Source: Paraspadella gotoi (lineage: Eukaryota > Animalia > Chaetognatha). Taken from it: a stretch of 48,008 nt of DNA. Of the stretch, positions 24,993-37,690 are shown in pieces. How positions within the stretch are numbered: the stretch's first letter is position 1; each line of letters begins with the position of its first letter. Where the stretch lies: contig CM119270.1 in the NCBI GenBank assembly GCA_051294375.1, forward strand, positions 14,435,188-14,483,195, in the 5' to 3' direction. Both the position numbers and the translations under genes were made by a program. Under the pieces are notes generated by a model, which was not told where the DNA came from, did not search any database, and saw only the letters and a program-made list of their open reading frames with translations.

Positions 24993-25571
24993 TGTTAGTG
25001 ACTTCGACAGAAAAAACCTCCTTTTAAAAACAAACAAGTTTTGTCGTAAACACATCCTATTTTTTAAATTAACATAATGTGTAAATTAACTAATTAATTA
25101 ATATTTCAACTGAATTTAAATAATACCGCTAATGATCGTGAGGCAGTTCCAGGCATTGATTGCTCAAACCTTGATTTTCTTTTTTTTTTCCTTTTTTCTT
25201 TTCCGATGTTCATGATCTTTATTTTTTCGTTGTACCGATTGCTTCTCAAAACATCTCGAACTCATATATCCTCGAATCAAATAAATTCACACATCCGCAA
25301 AGTAAATAAATCAAATTTCACAGCACTCACCAAAACAATTCTGCGCCCTCAATTGAGCTCACATCTCAAGCCTCGGATTATATCTTAGTTTCGGTCTTCT
25401 AAGCCTTAATATTATTTAGTCTGCTAACTATTTTTTAAACAACGACTGTAAAAAGATCCTGCTGTTGCCTACATTAGTATCAGGCGCCGTTAAAGTAAGT
25501 ATCCAGGCGCCTCTTAAATTTAGTATCAGCACCTTTTCTAAACTTGACAATCGTAAGCTTCTTTCTTACGT

Positions 25572-25680
25572 GGAAAGGATTTCAGGGCGCGTCTTCTCCA
25601 CTAAAATCTCGCCAGCGATGTCAGTGTGCAGCGCGAAGGTGATTCGTCGGGCGCGGGGCGGGGGGTCCACGTGAGGAACT
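25572..25680 (-). CDS. Possible internal exon (VPHVDPPPRARRITFALHTDIAGEILVEKTRPEILS)
   Basis: Open, protein-like frame ending at a CAC|GTAAGA donor. The acceptor (ggacgtAG) is weak and no homology was recognised. Confidence 0.17.
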
Positions 25681-28600
25681 CTACGTCCAATTCACTCGTC
25701 CGATTAATTGGCGTCGTAAAAAAAGGAAGGAAGATGAAGGAAAGGAGGGGAAAAAAAGGGAGAAAAAAAGCGAGAGAAAAGAAGGAAAAGTGGAGAAAAA
25801 GTGAGAGGTGGAGAAAAATCCTATTCTTTTATTTAACCTCGACGCTTTATCGTCCCTATTTTTTTTTCTTTTTACTCTTCAAAGTATTTTTCTTTCCGTA
25901 AGATTCTTTAAATTCTCGCTTCTCGACATTTTGACTTAAGTTTTTTTTTTTTTTTTGTTTTTTTTTTTTGGTTTTTTTTTTTTAATCTCTTTTCTTATTT
26001 CTCCATCCCTAACACGCTCTGCTTTTTTCCGATTCTTCACACCATAGTCTCACACCATCTCCATCCATCCTGCTCCGTCGCATGCCACGCCCCGTCCGCC
26101 ACACCTCCGTCCGCACGCACTTCCTCCATCCCGCACCCTCCGTACGCACGCACTTCCCCGTCCTCAACATACGTCCCGTTCTCGTTTTAAGTCCGCTGCG
26201 CCAAAACAGATTTTCGCACTCGGAATTTCTTCTATTTTTCCGGCGCCGAGCGGCAAATGAGGAGGTGGGAGAATTAATGGAAGGGAGGGTTAATGAAGGA
26301 GAAGAGTGGGAGGAGGAAGGAGGAAAGGAAGAAGAAATAAATAGAGGCAACAGGAGGAGAGAACCCACACCACTACGGCACAAATGCCACCCGCACCGCT
26401 CCCGCATCTACCATACATGCACCAACGCAAACACACCTAGTCCTATCAAACATTTCTCCGTCATATTACTTCAAGCTACATCGACACGTAGTTCCTCGTA
26501 CGCGATCCCTACATCACCACGCTCCCACCTGCTAGCCACTGAAACCTGCCCTCCCCCTTGCCTCCAAGTCACGCAGCCCTGGAACTAGACCAACTAGAAA
26601 TCATCGAAAAGCCACCCCGCTCAACAAAACAGCACAGTATCACACACCCACCATGCACCGAGCAAACACACGCGACAAATAAATCAAACTTCGAGCGCGA
26701 TCACTCAAGAAAAGAAAGAAAAGAGAAAAGAAAAAAAAACTGAAGAGAACAAAAAAGAAAAGAAAAGAAAAAATAACTACACCATCCCACATGCAAGCAG
26801 GATCACTAAGAAAGCAAACAAGGAGCAAACAATAAAAATAGACATCACAAAGACAACAGACAAATTCCACAAAAGACACAACGAGAACAAGAACCCAAAA
26901 GACATCAAAACTATGCGAGTCACGCTGAAGAACCGTCCTGCAAACAAACTACATGTGAACTAAAATATTAAATCAAAGTAGGTAAGAAGATACTCTTCCT
27001 TCAGTCAAGCCAGTTGGGTTTAAGGAACGTGAGCTGGCACCTTTATGAGCCGTTTAAAGGGCTCCACCGTTAGAAGGGCGGTTTTATTTAAGGGCGGGCT
27101 GAATGGACTCGAAAAAAAATGGACGCAAACTGGGAAATAATCATGCAACATTTCTTTTGAACGCCCAAATCGATTCGTAGCGTTAAGATTTTTTTAGCTT
27201 TACCGGAAGTAAAACAGTTTTAAAATATAAATCTCTCTCTTTAAAATTTTCTGGTGCGAGAGGCTAAGAGGCTGTTACCGGGTGAGCCGCAACCTTTATT
27301 AATCATATCCCTCGAAAAAAAACTTTCGCGATCTTCTACGAAATTATGAATAAAAAAGATTTTTTTTTTAGTTGTTCGCCAAAAAAAATTTAACTTTGGT
27401 TGGAAAGAGAAACTCGGTGAGTTTCGGTGGGAAGCCAAGAGACAACAAAAGGGGGGAATCGATGAGAGACTTAAATTTTGTGTCTTTTGTCGGAAATATT
27501 AAACCCATCGTTGTTGAGACATTATCATATTAAAAATTGGAAGTATTAAATAGAACGATCAACTAATTGTTTGATGGATTGAAGGACTGATTAATCGATT
27601 AAACGATGGACGAAAATGATCCTTCAATCAAGTAATCCATTAATTCGTTTCTTAATTTCTAAATACCGAAGATATTTTGTCAGTAGACTAATTTATTCAT
27701 AGGTATGACTCATTGTATAGTTTGCCAGCTCGCTCGATCTTCAGGGTCAAGATTCAACTTAAACTTTGATTTTTCTTTTGACTCATTCTTCTCCTCCTTT
27801 CTCTCGTTCACGATTACTCGGGATTTTATTTCATTAAAAAAAAAGGGGGGGCTGGGGGAGAGGAGGGGGTAAAAGGGGAGGAGGATACTTTCGTTGTTCT
27901 TTCATTCTTTCATTGTAGTCGTTGTATTCCCTTCTATTTTCGCGGGGGAGGAAGGAAGACGGTCGGATCCATGTGCAAATTTCAAAAATACTTTCGGCAC
28001 GACGTTGGAATTTGCTTTGGCAATATTGACGGAGGCTGTTGGACGGAAAATTCCATCGACGAATGATTCCGTACAAATAAACAGTTGATTAAAGAAAATA
28101 TTGTAAGGATTTGTATTGTATTGTAAGGATATTGTAATATTGTAAGGACTAAGCAGTAAAAGTCAAATTGACGCAACTCTTTCTTGAAACTTTAATCAGT
28201 TTAACTGGATTTCTAGCCATTGTAACTGCCACTTTTAAGCATTCTGAGTTGAAACTTAAGAAGCTTTTTATTTTTAAAAACGACCGCCAAAATTTGGTCC
28301 TTGCTCCCTCTATCAGAGATTATTCCATCTTTTGGCAAACGATTCCAACGTAGCGTCCTTGCATCTCTTTTTCGGGATTTATCTCTGGAGACATGGTATT
28401 GAGACTTTCCTTTTGTTGAGTTTAAAATTTAAAGAGAAGTAAAGTTTGATTTTGTTTACAAATAACAAGAAACAAACAAACAAACAAACAAACAAATAAT
28501 AATAAACAGACATGCTTCATGCGCGCAAAATAATTTATATAGATTTATAACGAAATTATATTTATAAAGAAATTTTTGGTTTTAAAACGTATATACTTAC

Positions 28601-31600
28601 TATTTAAATGGTTTTTTTTTGTGTTTCTTTTTTCGCTTTCGTTTTTATACCTTCCATCGCTTTTCTTATTCTTATTCTCGGCGCAACAATCAAAATCATA
28701 TTTTAACACCAAAGTGTTGATGGAAAATGTTTTGGTGNNNNNNNNNNNNNNNNNNNNNNNNNNNNNNNNNNNNNNNNNNNNNNNNNNNNNNNNNNNNNNN
28801 NNNNNNNNNNNNNNNNNNNNNNNNNNNNNNNNNNNNNNNNNNNNNNNNNNNNNNNNNNNNNNNNNNNNNNNNNNNNNNNNNNNNNNNNNNNNNNNNNNNN
28901 NNNNNNNNNNNNNNNNNNNNNNNNNNNNNNNNGAGAGAGAGAGAATCAGTCGAATCTCCCAGAAACCGTCCTTTGTTTTGTTCGGCGATAAATTTTCCAT
29001 AAAAAAAAGGTCTCGACGGGAATCGAACTTTCGACCTTTCGACATCCGCGAAATCCGGAAACCATGACGACGGGATTTTTAGAGGTTATTTTTAACTTTC
29101 GCTGAAAAAAAGTCGAAAGAATAAACCGAAGGAAAGAAAAAGTGGAATAAACAGTAAATCAGTGAACTGAATTTCCGGCTAGAATTTCATTTCCTTTGTC
29201 AAACGCGAAGCAAAAGGAAATAGCGAAATTGGAACGATGGAACTGCTCTGGGATCAGTCTTGGAATCAGCGTTGCCTGAACTCGTCAAAAAAGCTAAATA
29301 TTATTTTGGCACTACAAAAAACAATATTTTTTTTTTTTTGTAATAATATCCTGTTCCTAACTCTCATTGGCTCGTTCGTATCACGTAGCCATTGTTCATG
29401 GCTGAAAGAATAATGAATTAAAAACTCTTGTATTAGGCTTACAAGCTAAAAAAGATCATAATACAAATACAAAAAACATTACTTTTGCTTTTACGCTTCG
29501 AACCGTGCGAGACTTAAAAAAAAAAGTTGAAAAGAAAAGAAAATCCCGCTTCTGAAACCGAACCTGACAAAAAAAAACGAGAAGAAAAATAAAAAGGGAA
29601 ACAAAAGATAGAGACAAAACAAGAGTGAAAAGTAGGAAACAAGAAAGAAAGAGAACAGGCATACGCGCACGCATGTTGTGTCCTGTTCTCTTCTCTGTTC
29701 TCTTTCTCTCTTCTCTCCTCTCTCTCTTCTCCTCTCCTCTCTCTCGCTCTTCTCTTCTCTCTCTTCTCTTCTTGCCATTCGTATCTCTCTCTTNNNNNNN
29801 NNNNNNNNNNNNNNNNNNNNNNNNNNNNNNNNNNNNNNNNNNNNNNNNNNNNNNNNNNNNNNNNNNNNNNNNNNNNNNNNNNNNNNNNNNNNNNNNNNNN
29901 NNNNNNNNNNNNNNNNNNNNNNNNNNNNNNNNNNNNNNNNNNNNNNNNNNNNNNNNNNNNNNNNNNNNNNNNNNNNNNNNNNNNNNNNNNNNNNNNNNNN
30001 NNNNNNNNNNNNNNNNNNNNNNNNNNNNNNNNNNNNNNNNNNNNNNNNNNNNNNNNNNNNNNNNNNNNNNNNNNNNNNNNNNNNNNNGAAAAGGAAACTG
30101 AATTTATTGAGGAAAACAAAAGAGAGAGAAAAAAAAGGAGGGAATTTGGCCTGAGGGTTTTTTTCCTTTTCTTATTCTTTTTCGAGGTAAAAGTTGATCG
30201 GAATGAAAGAAAGGGAAGATGAAAATATGAAATAGATGCGTGATGCGTAACTTTTAACGACAAAGCAATTTCTTTGGTAAAAAATTAAAGGCTAGTTTTA
30301 AAATATTTNNNNNNNNNNTTTCTTTGGTAAAAAAATTAAAGGCTAGTTTTAAAATATTTGTAAAAGACTGCAAAATATTCGGTCATGTTTGATTATATTA
30401 GTTCCATAGTTGTGATAAGAATTTTCGGCGCGTTTCAAAAGATTTTCGTGTTTCTGTTATAAAAATAACCTTTTTTACGTCGCTCGTTCTTTGTTCCATT
30501 TTTTTCTTTCTGATTTACACTCTACTTCCTACGATATCTTAACTCGTCCATTTTGGCACCAAACTCTATTACGCTCAGCTCCTCACCACTCCCAACCTTG
30601 ACTTCCCCCAATCCCCAATCCCAAAACACCCAACCCTGTCCCATCGTCAACCTTCGCCGAATCAACAACCCGAAATTGGGGGAAACCAAAACCCCTCATT
30701 ATCCGCCGATTAAAGTCGTTAGATCGTCTCGCTGTCTGGCGCATCCGTCTGTCCCTTCGTCGGTCTAGTAACTCTTTCAGTTCACCATTTAGGTATTGTA
30801 AAATTGTAAAAAGCATTAAAATCATAAGTACTCATTACATTGATTATTGAAATATGTTCATTCGTGAGTTTAGACTGTCTGTCTGCTTTAAGTTTTCTCT
30901 AATTTTTTATCAAATTCCATTCCGCAAATCCCTTTCTCGTCACCCGTCTGATGGAACCACATTCTCTGTCATTCTCTCTCATTCTTTGTCATTCTCTGTC
31001 ATTCCCTATTTATTATTGACCTCTCATCTCCGCTTCTCATCTGGGGCGGAGACTGACGTTCCGACGGGGCCCTTCCCTGCACAGAGTCAGAGGCCCCAAC
31101 AGCCTGGGAAATGATTACGATGAAATGTCCTTGTTTTATATCACGATAACCTGGTTTCAATATATAATTTCTTGCAGACTTCGTTTCTGGCTTTTTCGTC
31201 ATTGTCCTGAGCCGGGTCGTTTTCTCGTCAACTTCTCATTGTTACAGCACGAGACCAACGAGACGACGACGACGACGGAGACGACCGACAGAACGATTTC
31301 TAAAAGCGCAACAAAAGTCAAAATGTCCATAACAACAAATTTGCGCGACGATCCGATAGATTAGGTGGCGCGTGTCCCGCTTGTGGAGGAGAGAGAGAGG
31401 AGAGAGAGAGAGAGAGAGAGAGAGTAGAGGAAAAGGGGGGAAGAGAGAGAGAGGAGATAAGAGAGAGATGACACCCTTTCTGAAAACGCACGACACGCCA
31501 CACGGCGCTTCGAAATGAATCACCCTTTGCCTGCCACGCGACCAAAAATGAAATGAGAGAGAGAGAGGAGGAGAAGAGAGAGGAGAGAAGAGAGAGAGAG

Positions 31601-32197
31601 AGAGAGAGAAGAGAGAGACGAGAGAGAACCTTATTGACGGCCATACTGAAGTCATATCCGTTTTGATGTTTTGACCTAATTCACGTTTTTTGGGATCATA
31701 TCGCTCAGGGTGACTGGATATTTGAGGACTTGAAGACCACGAATGGAGAAGTGAACGAAGGATAGCACGACGGCTGTTTGAAAGAGCGAATGAATGAGAG
31801 AGAGAGAGAGAAGAGAGAAGAGAAGAAAGAGGAGAGAGAGAGAGAGAGAGAGAGAAGAGAGAGAGGAGAGAGACGAAGAGGAAGAGAGTCATATACTCAG
31901 CTCTCCCGGACGGCAGCCGTCCACCGGAGCAGCAGGCGCGCCGGCTGCCGAACCGACTCACTTCTTTTCCGGGCTTCTTCCGCTCGGATCGGGGAGATTT
32001 CTCTCTCTGCGATGTGAGTCCGCTTTCCGTCGAAAGTCCGAGCGGATCGGGGGGATCTCTCTGCTCTCTCTCTCTCTTACTCTCTTGACTCTCTCTGGCT
32101 CTCTCTTGCTCTTGTGCCGTCTCAACTCTCTATTTCTATCTTTAGCAATTATGTTAGCATTACTTTATCAGTATTTTTTTTCAAACCTATTACTACT

Positions 32198-32364
32198 GGC
32201 CTGAATCTAGATTCAAGTTTTTCAAAAAAACTTTCAAAATATGATCAGGAACCATATTTAAGGAAACATTAGATAACACAGCCGGAGATGCAAAGTATGC
32301 TCCAAAGGTAGTAATAAAAATCGAGTGACTCGAATATGCAAATGGATTAATGCGTCGATCGTAA
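32198..32364 (+). pseudogene. Possible relic of a hAT-superfamily (ZMYM1-like/DUF4371) transposase
   Basis: With one frameshift and one in-frame stop it reads KLSKYDQEPYLRKH/LDNTAGDAKYAPKVVIKIE*LEYANGLMRRS. This resembles the recalled motif LAKYDxxLxxHLxNAxxNAKYTSPxIQNELIE. Recognised by eye only. Confidence 0.4.
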
Positions 32365-33427
32365 GGTTGAATATAAACAAAAGAGAGCAATAAACATTTA
32401 ATAAATAGACTATTTTTTAATAAAAAACAATTAATAAATATGTTTTAATTTGTTTTGATAGTTCTGATAATAAAAAATATTCAAAAAAGCTAATTAATTT
32501 AGTTAATATTTTACTTATTTTTTTAAAGTTATTTCATCAGTTTATAAGAAAGATTTAAACAAGAATAAAGTTTTTTCTGGGAACCAAATAAGGAAATATA
32601 GAGAGACTAAGAGAGAGGGAGAGAGAGAGAAAGACTACAGATTGAAGAGCCAAAAGTAATAATTTTTTAGATTAGGCCTTTATAATAGTGTAAGCAATAA
32701 AAAATTAGAATTTGAATAAACTGATTCCTCACCATGCGACAAAAGAAAGATTTACCCTTACTTTTTATTAACCTCCAAGGCAAAATTATATATATAAGGG
32801 ACTATCTTATTTGCGATATTTTTACATCTTTTCATATTTTCAATTGGTTTTCAGCATATTTTAATCATTATTGTTAGCATTATATCCTTTTTATAGTTAA
32901 TATTATTAATTTTTAGCTCACATTTAAATTAAAAAAAGGAAACCAAATATAGCAATTTTTTTTCACTCGTTATTTAACTTTTTCTAGTTAAATATTCTCA
33001 TAATTTTTCCCGTCTTCTTATAACTTCTTATTTTATTTTTTTTGTTCATTGGTCTTACTTTTATTGTTCAATTTGTAATATTTTTTTTCATATCTTTTTT
33101 TCTTTCTTTCTTTTTTTCTATCTTTTTTTCAAAAAAAAGACTCCCGATTCCGCGCGAACCCATCAATCGATCCGCTGCGAGGCAGAGAGAAGAGCCTCGG
33201 CGGTGACGAGGGTAAGAGAGAGAGAAAAGGATTAGTTCGCGGCTGACAGCTCCGACGGATCGACTTTGGCAGCCGCGCGGATGCCTGGAGATAAGGAGAA
33301 GAAGAGGAGAGTGACGTAAGAAGAAGTCGAGCGGAAAGTAAAGTCGACAAGCAGGGAGCAGCCGTCTGCCGCGCGGCGGCTGCTCTGCCGGACGCTTGCG
33401 CCCGATAGCGAGGCTTCTGAGTAATAG

Positions 33428-33472
<45 letters not shown>

Positions 33473-34750
33473 GCAATAAAAAATTTTAAAATAATATTTA
33501 ATAGAACTAAAAAAAAACTCTATAAATTCTGATACAAACACAACCATTACGTTTGGTTCATGTAATTATTTTTTATTGTTATAAACGGATTTGGTTTTAT
33601 TTAAAGCGCGATAGGTTCAGATAAACGAGGACCAATTAAAAGACAACATAAAGAAGAGGAAGAGGAAGAGCAAAGCGAAATGAGCGAAGGTTTTCTGAGA
33701 GAAAAGATTATTTTAGAAAATCGAGAAAGAAAGAGGGAAAAAAAAATAAATAAAAAAAAGAAAGAAAGAAAAAAAGAAAAAAAGAAAAAAAGAAAAAAAG
33801 AAAAGCAAGAAAGAAAGAAATCGAGGAAACAAAATTAAAGAAAGAAAGACATAAAGAAAGAAGGAAAGCAATCTAAAATGTAAGTTAGTTTAAGTTCAAA
33901 TCGATAAATTTGAAAATAAAACACACCTGAAAAAAAAACAGAAGCACGAAATAAAATAAACTTTTGAGAAGGAGAAAAGATAAATGAGGAGATGAAAGAT
34001 CAAAGTGGCCAAATCGCATTTACGTTGAACTTTATCCGAATCCACACACTGGTTTTCACCTTAGAATTTTCTTTTTATTTACGAATTTCTTCGCTTCCAA
34101 AAAAAAAATCCCGTTTCTTTGCAAAAATGAAAAAAATAAACAAAAAATTGGCAAAAAAAAAAAAAAAAATTGGGGCCGTGAAAATCAAAGTTCAACCCGA
34201 TCGGTTGCCATTAGCTAAACCAGAACAATACGCGCCGAGAAAATAATATTTTCTTTTCCATTTTTATGCCAGTTTTAACAAAAGATGAAATACATATACA
34301 AATATACAATATTATATATAAATATTGTAAATATTGCGGACACATGGCAAATCAACCTCAAATCAACTTCATGTTAGAACTGCGCAATTACATTTTTGAA
34401 GTTTCGTATCTTCTTGAATGATAGCGAATTTCCATTGGAGGTTCGGTTGGTCTTTTTGCGGTTTATATCAGGAGAACCATTTTATAGTTATTCCATTTTA
34501 GCTAACTTAATGGAATATATTATAGTACAAACGTATTTGCTATAAGAACTCGAATAGTGGATAAGTATCAAAATCATCGAAGACGATATTCACCCACGTC
34601 AGACAAAACAAGTTATTGTTTAAAAACGGCCGGACACATTTTTTTTATGATCCAAGTTTACCGAGGAAATTATCTCGAAAGTTTGAAACTCGAATCTTGT
34701 TTACTTCGTATCATCTGCGCTCCAGCTGCATTTTTTGAAAGACGCGGAAA

Positions 34751-34954
34751 AAGGTGAGGCTCTCCTAAAAGTAAGTCCGGGTAAGGTCGTCTCGGATGGA
34801 AAATATGAAGGGGAATAAAGTAAGGCGCTTTGAGAGGAAAAACTGAAGTAATCGAATAACAAGGTAAGTAAACAAAAAACGACGTCTCTAGAGGAAAGAA
34901 ATGTCGGAATGAAAAGGTAAGTTGCGTCGAGAAAATTGGGCGTCCAGGGTGAGG
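34751..34954 (+). promoter_or_regulatory. Cluster of seven 5' splice-site (U1-complementary GTRAG) motifs
   Basis: GT at 34754 AAG|GTGAGG, 34771 AAA|GTAAGT, 34781 CGG|GTAAGG, 34820 AAA|GTAAGG, 34864 AAG|GTAAGT, 34917 AAG|GTAAGT and 34949 AGG|GTGAGG. The motifs are seen directly; function is inferred. Confidence 0.4.
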
Positions 34955-36245
34955 ATCCTCTTCCGTTTCATTGAGATTCTTTTCCGAGTGGATGTAAATA
35001 CCCTGGGGCCTTGAATATTCATTCTCTCTCTCTNNNNNNNNNNNNNNNNNNNNNNNNNNNNNNNNNNNNNNNNNNNNNNNNNNNNNNNNNNNNNNNNNNN
35101 NNNNNNNNNNNNNNNNNNNNNNNNNNNNNNNNNNNNNNNNNNNNNNNNNNNNNNNNNNNNNNNNNNNNNNNNNNNNNNNNNNNNNNNNNNNNNNNNNNNN
35201 NNNNNNNNNNNNNNNNNNNNNNNNNNAATATCAGGTGTCGATCGAATTTTCAGTGCAAGATGACGCCGCAACCTTTAGCATGCCGCAAAACTTTCGCGCT
35301 TTCACCCACGTAGTCCCAGTCATATCTATACTACAAGTTCCCGAGATCTAACTTCTATGAGGAAGTTTGATGACACAACTTCGAACTTTTTTTATTTTAA
35401 ATCTATTACAAAATTTCTTCAGCCTCTTATCTCTCTATTTTACTCCTCAATTGTTATAAAAAAGTTGTAATTTCGATACATTTATTTACACAAGAACTTT
35501 CTCAAACTTTACCAACACCTACAAAGCCCTCACTTTGGCGTCATCCTCACCATCTCCCTCTAACACCTACCCCACCCCCCCTCCCGCCTTCATTGTCCCC
35601 CCTCCTCTCACTCTCGCCTCTCCCAAACCTCACCCTCACCCGAGGCGCCGTTTGACCTCCGACGCGATTTTCGATTCACGGCTCATTAACGAGAACGGCG
35701 AATGTGAATGCCGTGACTTCGCCGGCGCCGAAAACGCGGTGAATGCCTAAAGTCCGTGAATGTCGCGTTTCTGCGAACGACGCCCCAGCTCGAGCCGGGG
35801 ACCCCGTGAGCGCGCTTTCGTTCGGAGAATGCCGACTTCACAAAACAGTCTCACGGTCGACCCCTCCCGACGGGGGGGCGTTAAAGGAGGCGGCGGGGCG
35901 CAGTCTCGGGGTTTAGTAGGGCGAGGTCACAAAAGCTGGGCCGTTGGGCGGGAGGTACGGTTATTTAGGGTTACTTTGAATTAAATAAGAGTGTAAAAGT
36001 CAGTTTAAAATCATTAATACAAATAAAAACTTTCACCGATTTCAAATGAATGTTTTTATTTCGGTTTTCTATTTATTAAACTTAATTTACATCTTTTAAA
36101 CGAAAATTTCGTGTTTGTTCTTTTTTTTTTCTTCCTCTCTCGCTTTCTATCGCTCTATCTCTATCTACCTCGTGTTGTTTTCGTAAGCTAATTTTTTTTT
36201 ACGACAGATCGTACAACCTAAATTCGTTTCTAAAAGGAGGAAGAT

Positions 36246-36370
<125 letters not shown>

Positions 36371-37620
36371 CGCCGCGGGAGGACCTGTTCCTCTTCCACT
36401 CGGACTACTTTTCTGAATGCCAAATGCCTGGCGGCGGCGGAGTGATACACAGGCGCGTCTTGGTTCTAAAGACGTGGGTTCGCCTGAGCGGAAACCGAGG
36501 ACGAGGGGAGGAAAGGAGAGGGAGGAAAGGAGAGGGAGGAAAGGAAAAGAGGAAGAGAGGGAGGCAGAGGGAGAGAAATGAAGATTAGGAAGGTGGGAAA
36601 AATTAAAAAAAGGATTTGGTGGTAAAAATAGGGAAGTTAAAAGAAAAACAAGAAATACGGAAGAAAGGATGAGGTACGGAGAATGATGAAGAAGTGGGAG
36701 GAGGGAGGAAGAAGGAGAAGAAGAAGCAGGAGGCAGAGTAGGAAGGAGAATAAGAAGAAGAAAGACGAGGACGAGTTTAATCGGTTTACGTCGCTGGCGG
36801 CTCCGATTTTCGATGCAGTAAACTTGATTTTCGTGAAGGTGGGAGGAAGGGGAGAGGAGGAGAAGTGGGTGGGAGGGGAGGGAGAAAAGTAGACGTTAGA
36901 GATGGTGAGGGAATGGGGGATTAAGTGGAGTTGGGGAAGAGAGATCGAATCGAAAAGAGGCGATTCATGATTTGGGGTGAATTGCGCGGCGGATGTCAGG
37001 TGGCGTCGCAGTCTACGCAAGGTGGTTAGAGTGATGCATCGCGAGAGCGGAGATTAAAAAAAAAAGAAATCTCTTTTGGCTTCGAGGTGGAAAATGAAGA
37101 TCCTTTGCTTTTTCTACGACGTCAATGACGCTGACGACGCTGACGACGCTGACGACGACGACGACGACGACGAAAAACTTGATTAAACCCTAACCCGCGA
37201 CACGCCCATCTCCCTCGACGTTTAAACCATGGAAAGGCCCTTTTCGATCTACATTTGTGCGTTAGAGGCGCTAAATAGATTTTGGTCTGTAGAAATTGAC
37301 GCGAAGGTAAACAAATGAACAATGGGAATTGTTGTACTCTTTGTCGCGGCTTTGCCAGTAATGAAATAGTTTAAATATGTATAATGAATCGTAAAAAGAA
37401 AATTCTGCAGGTTTCCACGGCCGAGCGTCCTAAAACCTAAAATTAAATTTAAAATTAAATACTCTTTGATAAAGAAATGAGTTACTTTTCCTAGTGCTTT
37501 ATTAAGACTCTTTTTCCCACGAAAGAAATAAAAACCGTAAAAGGTTAATTATTATTTTTCTGGGGCTAAAGAGAGACAAAACTTTACCCCCCCCTAAAAA
37601 AAAAGAGCGAGAGATGTAAA

Positions 37621-37690
37621 GGTGGTGGGGTTCGAAACCGGGTCCCGGGGGAAACCGTGACGAGTAACGCGTAACCGAATTTGGGAGGGA
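37621..37690 (-). mobile_element. Possible degenerate tRNA-derived SINE head or tRNA-like relic
   Basis: Minus strand ..ttcggttacgcgtt...gggacccggtttcgaaccccacc.. has a D-loop-like ggtta(g)cgcg and a B-box-like GGT(T)TCGAACCC, with a T run shortly downstream. No intact cloverleaf. Confidence 0.25.

Noticed and set aside
27023-27036. ggaacgtgagctgg, resembling a conserved large-subunit rRNA segment
   Set aside because: The match is only ~14 nt and the flanks do not continue as rRNA, so it is consistent with chance.
36428-36492. tRNA-like pattern (A-box-like start, gtctt/aagac stem with 7-nt loop, ggttcg)
   Set aside because: No acceptor stem, non-canonical anticodon loop and incomplete T arm.
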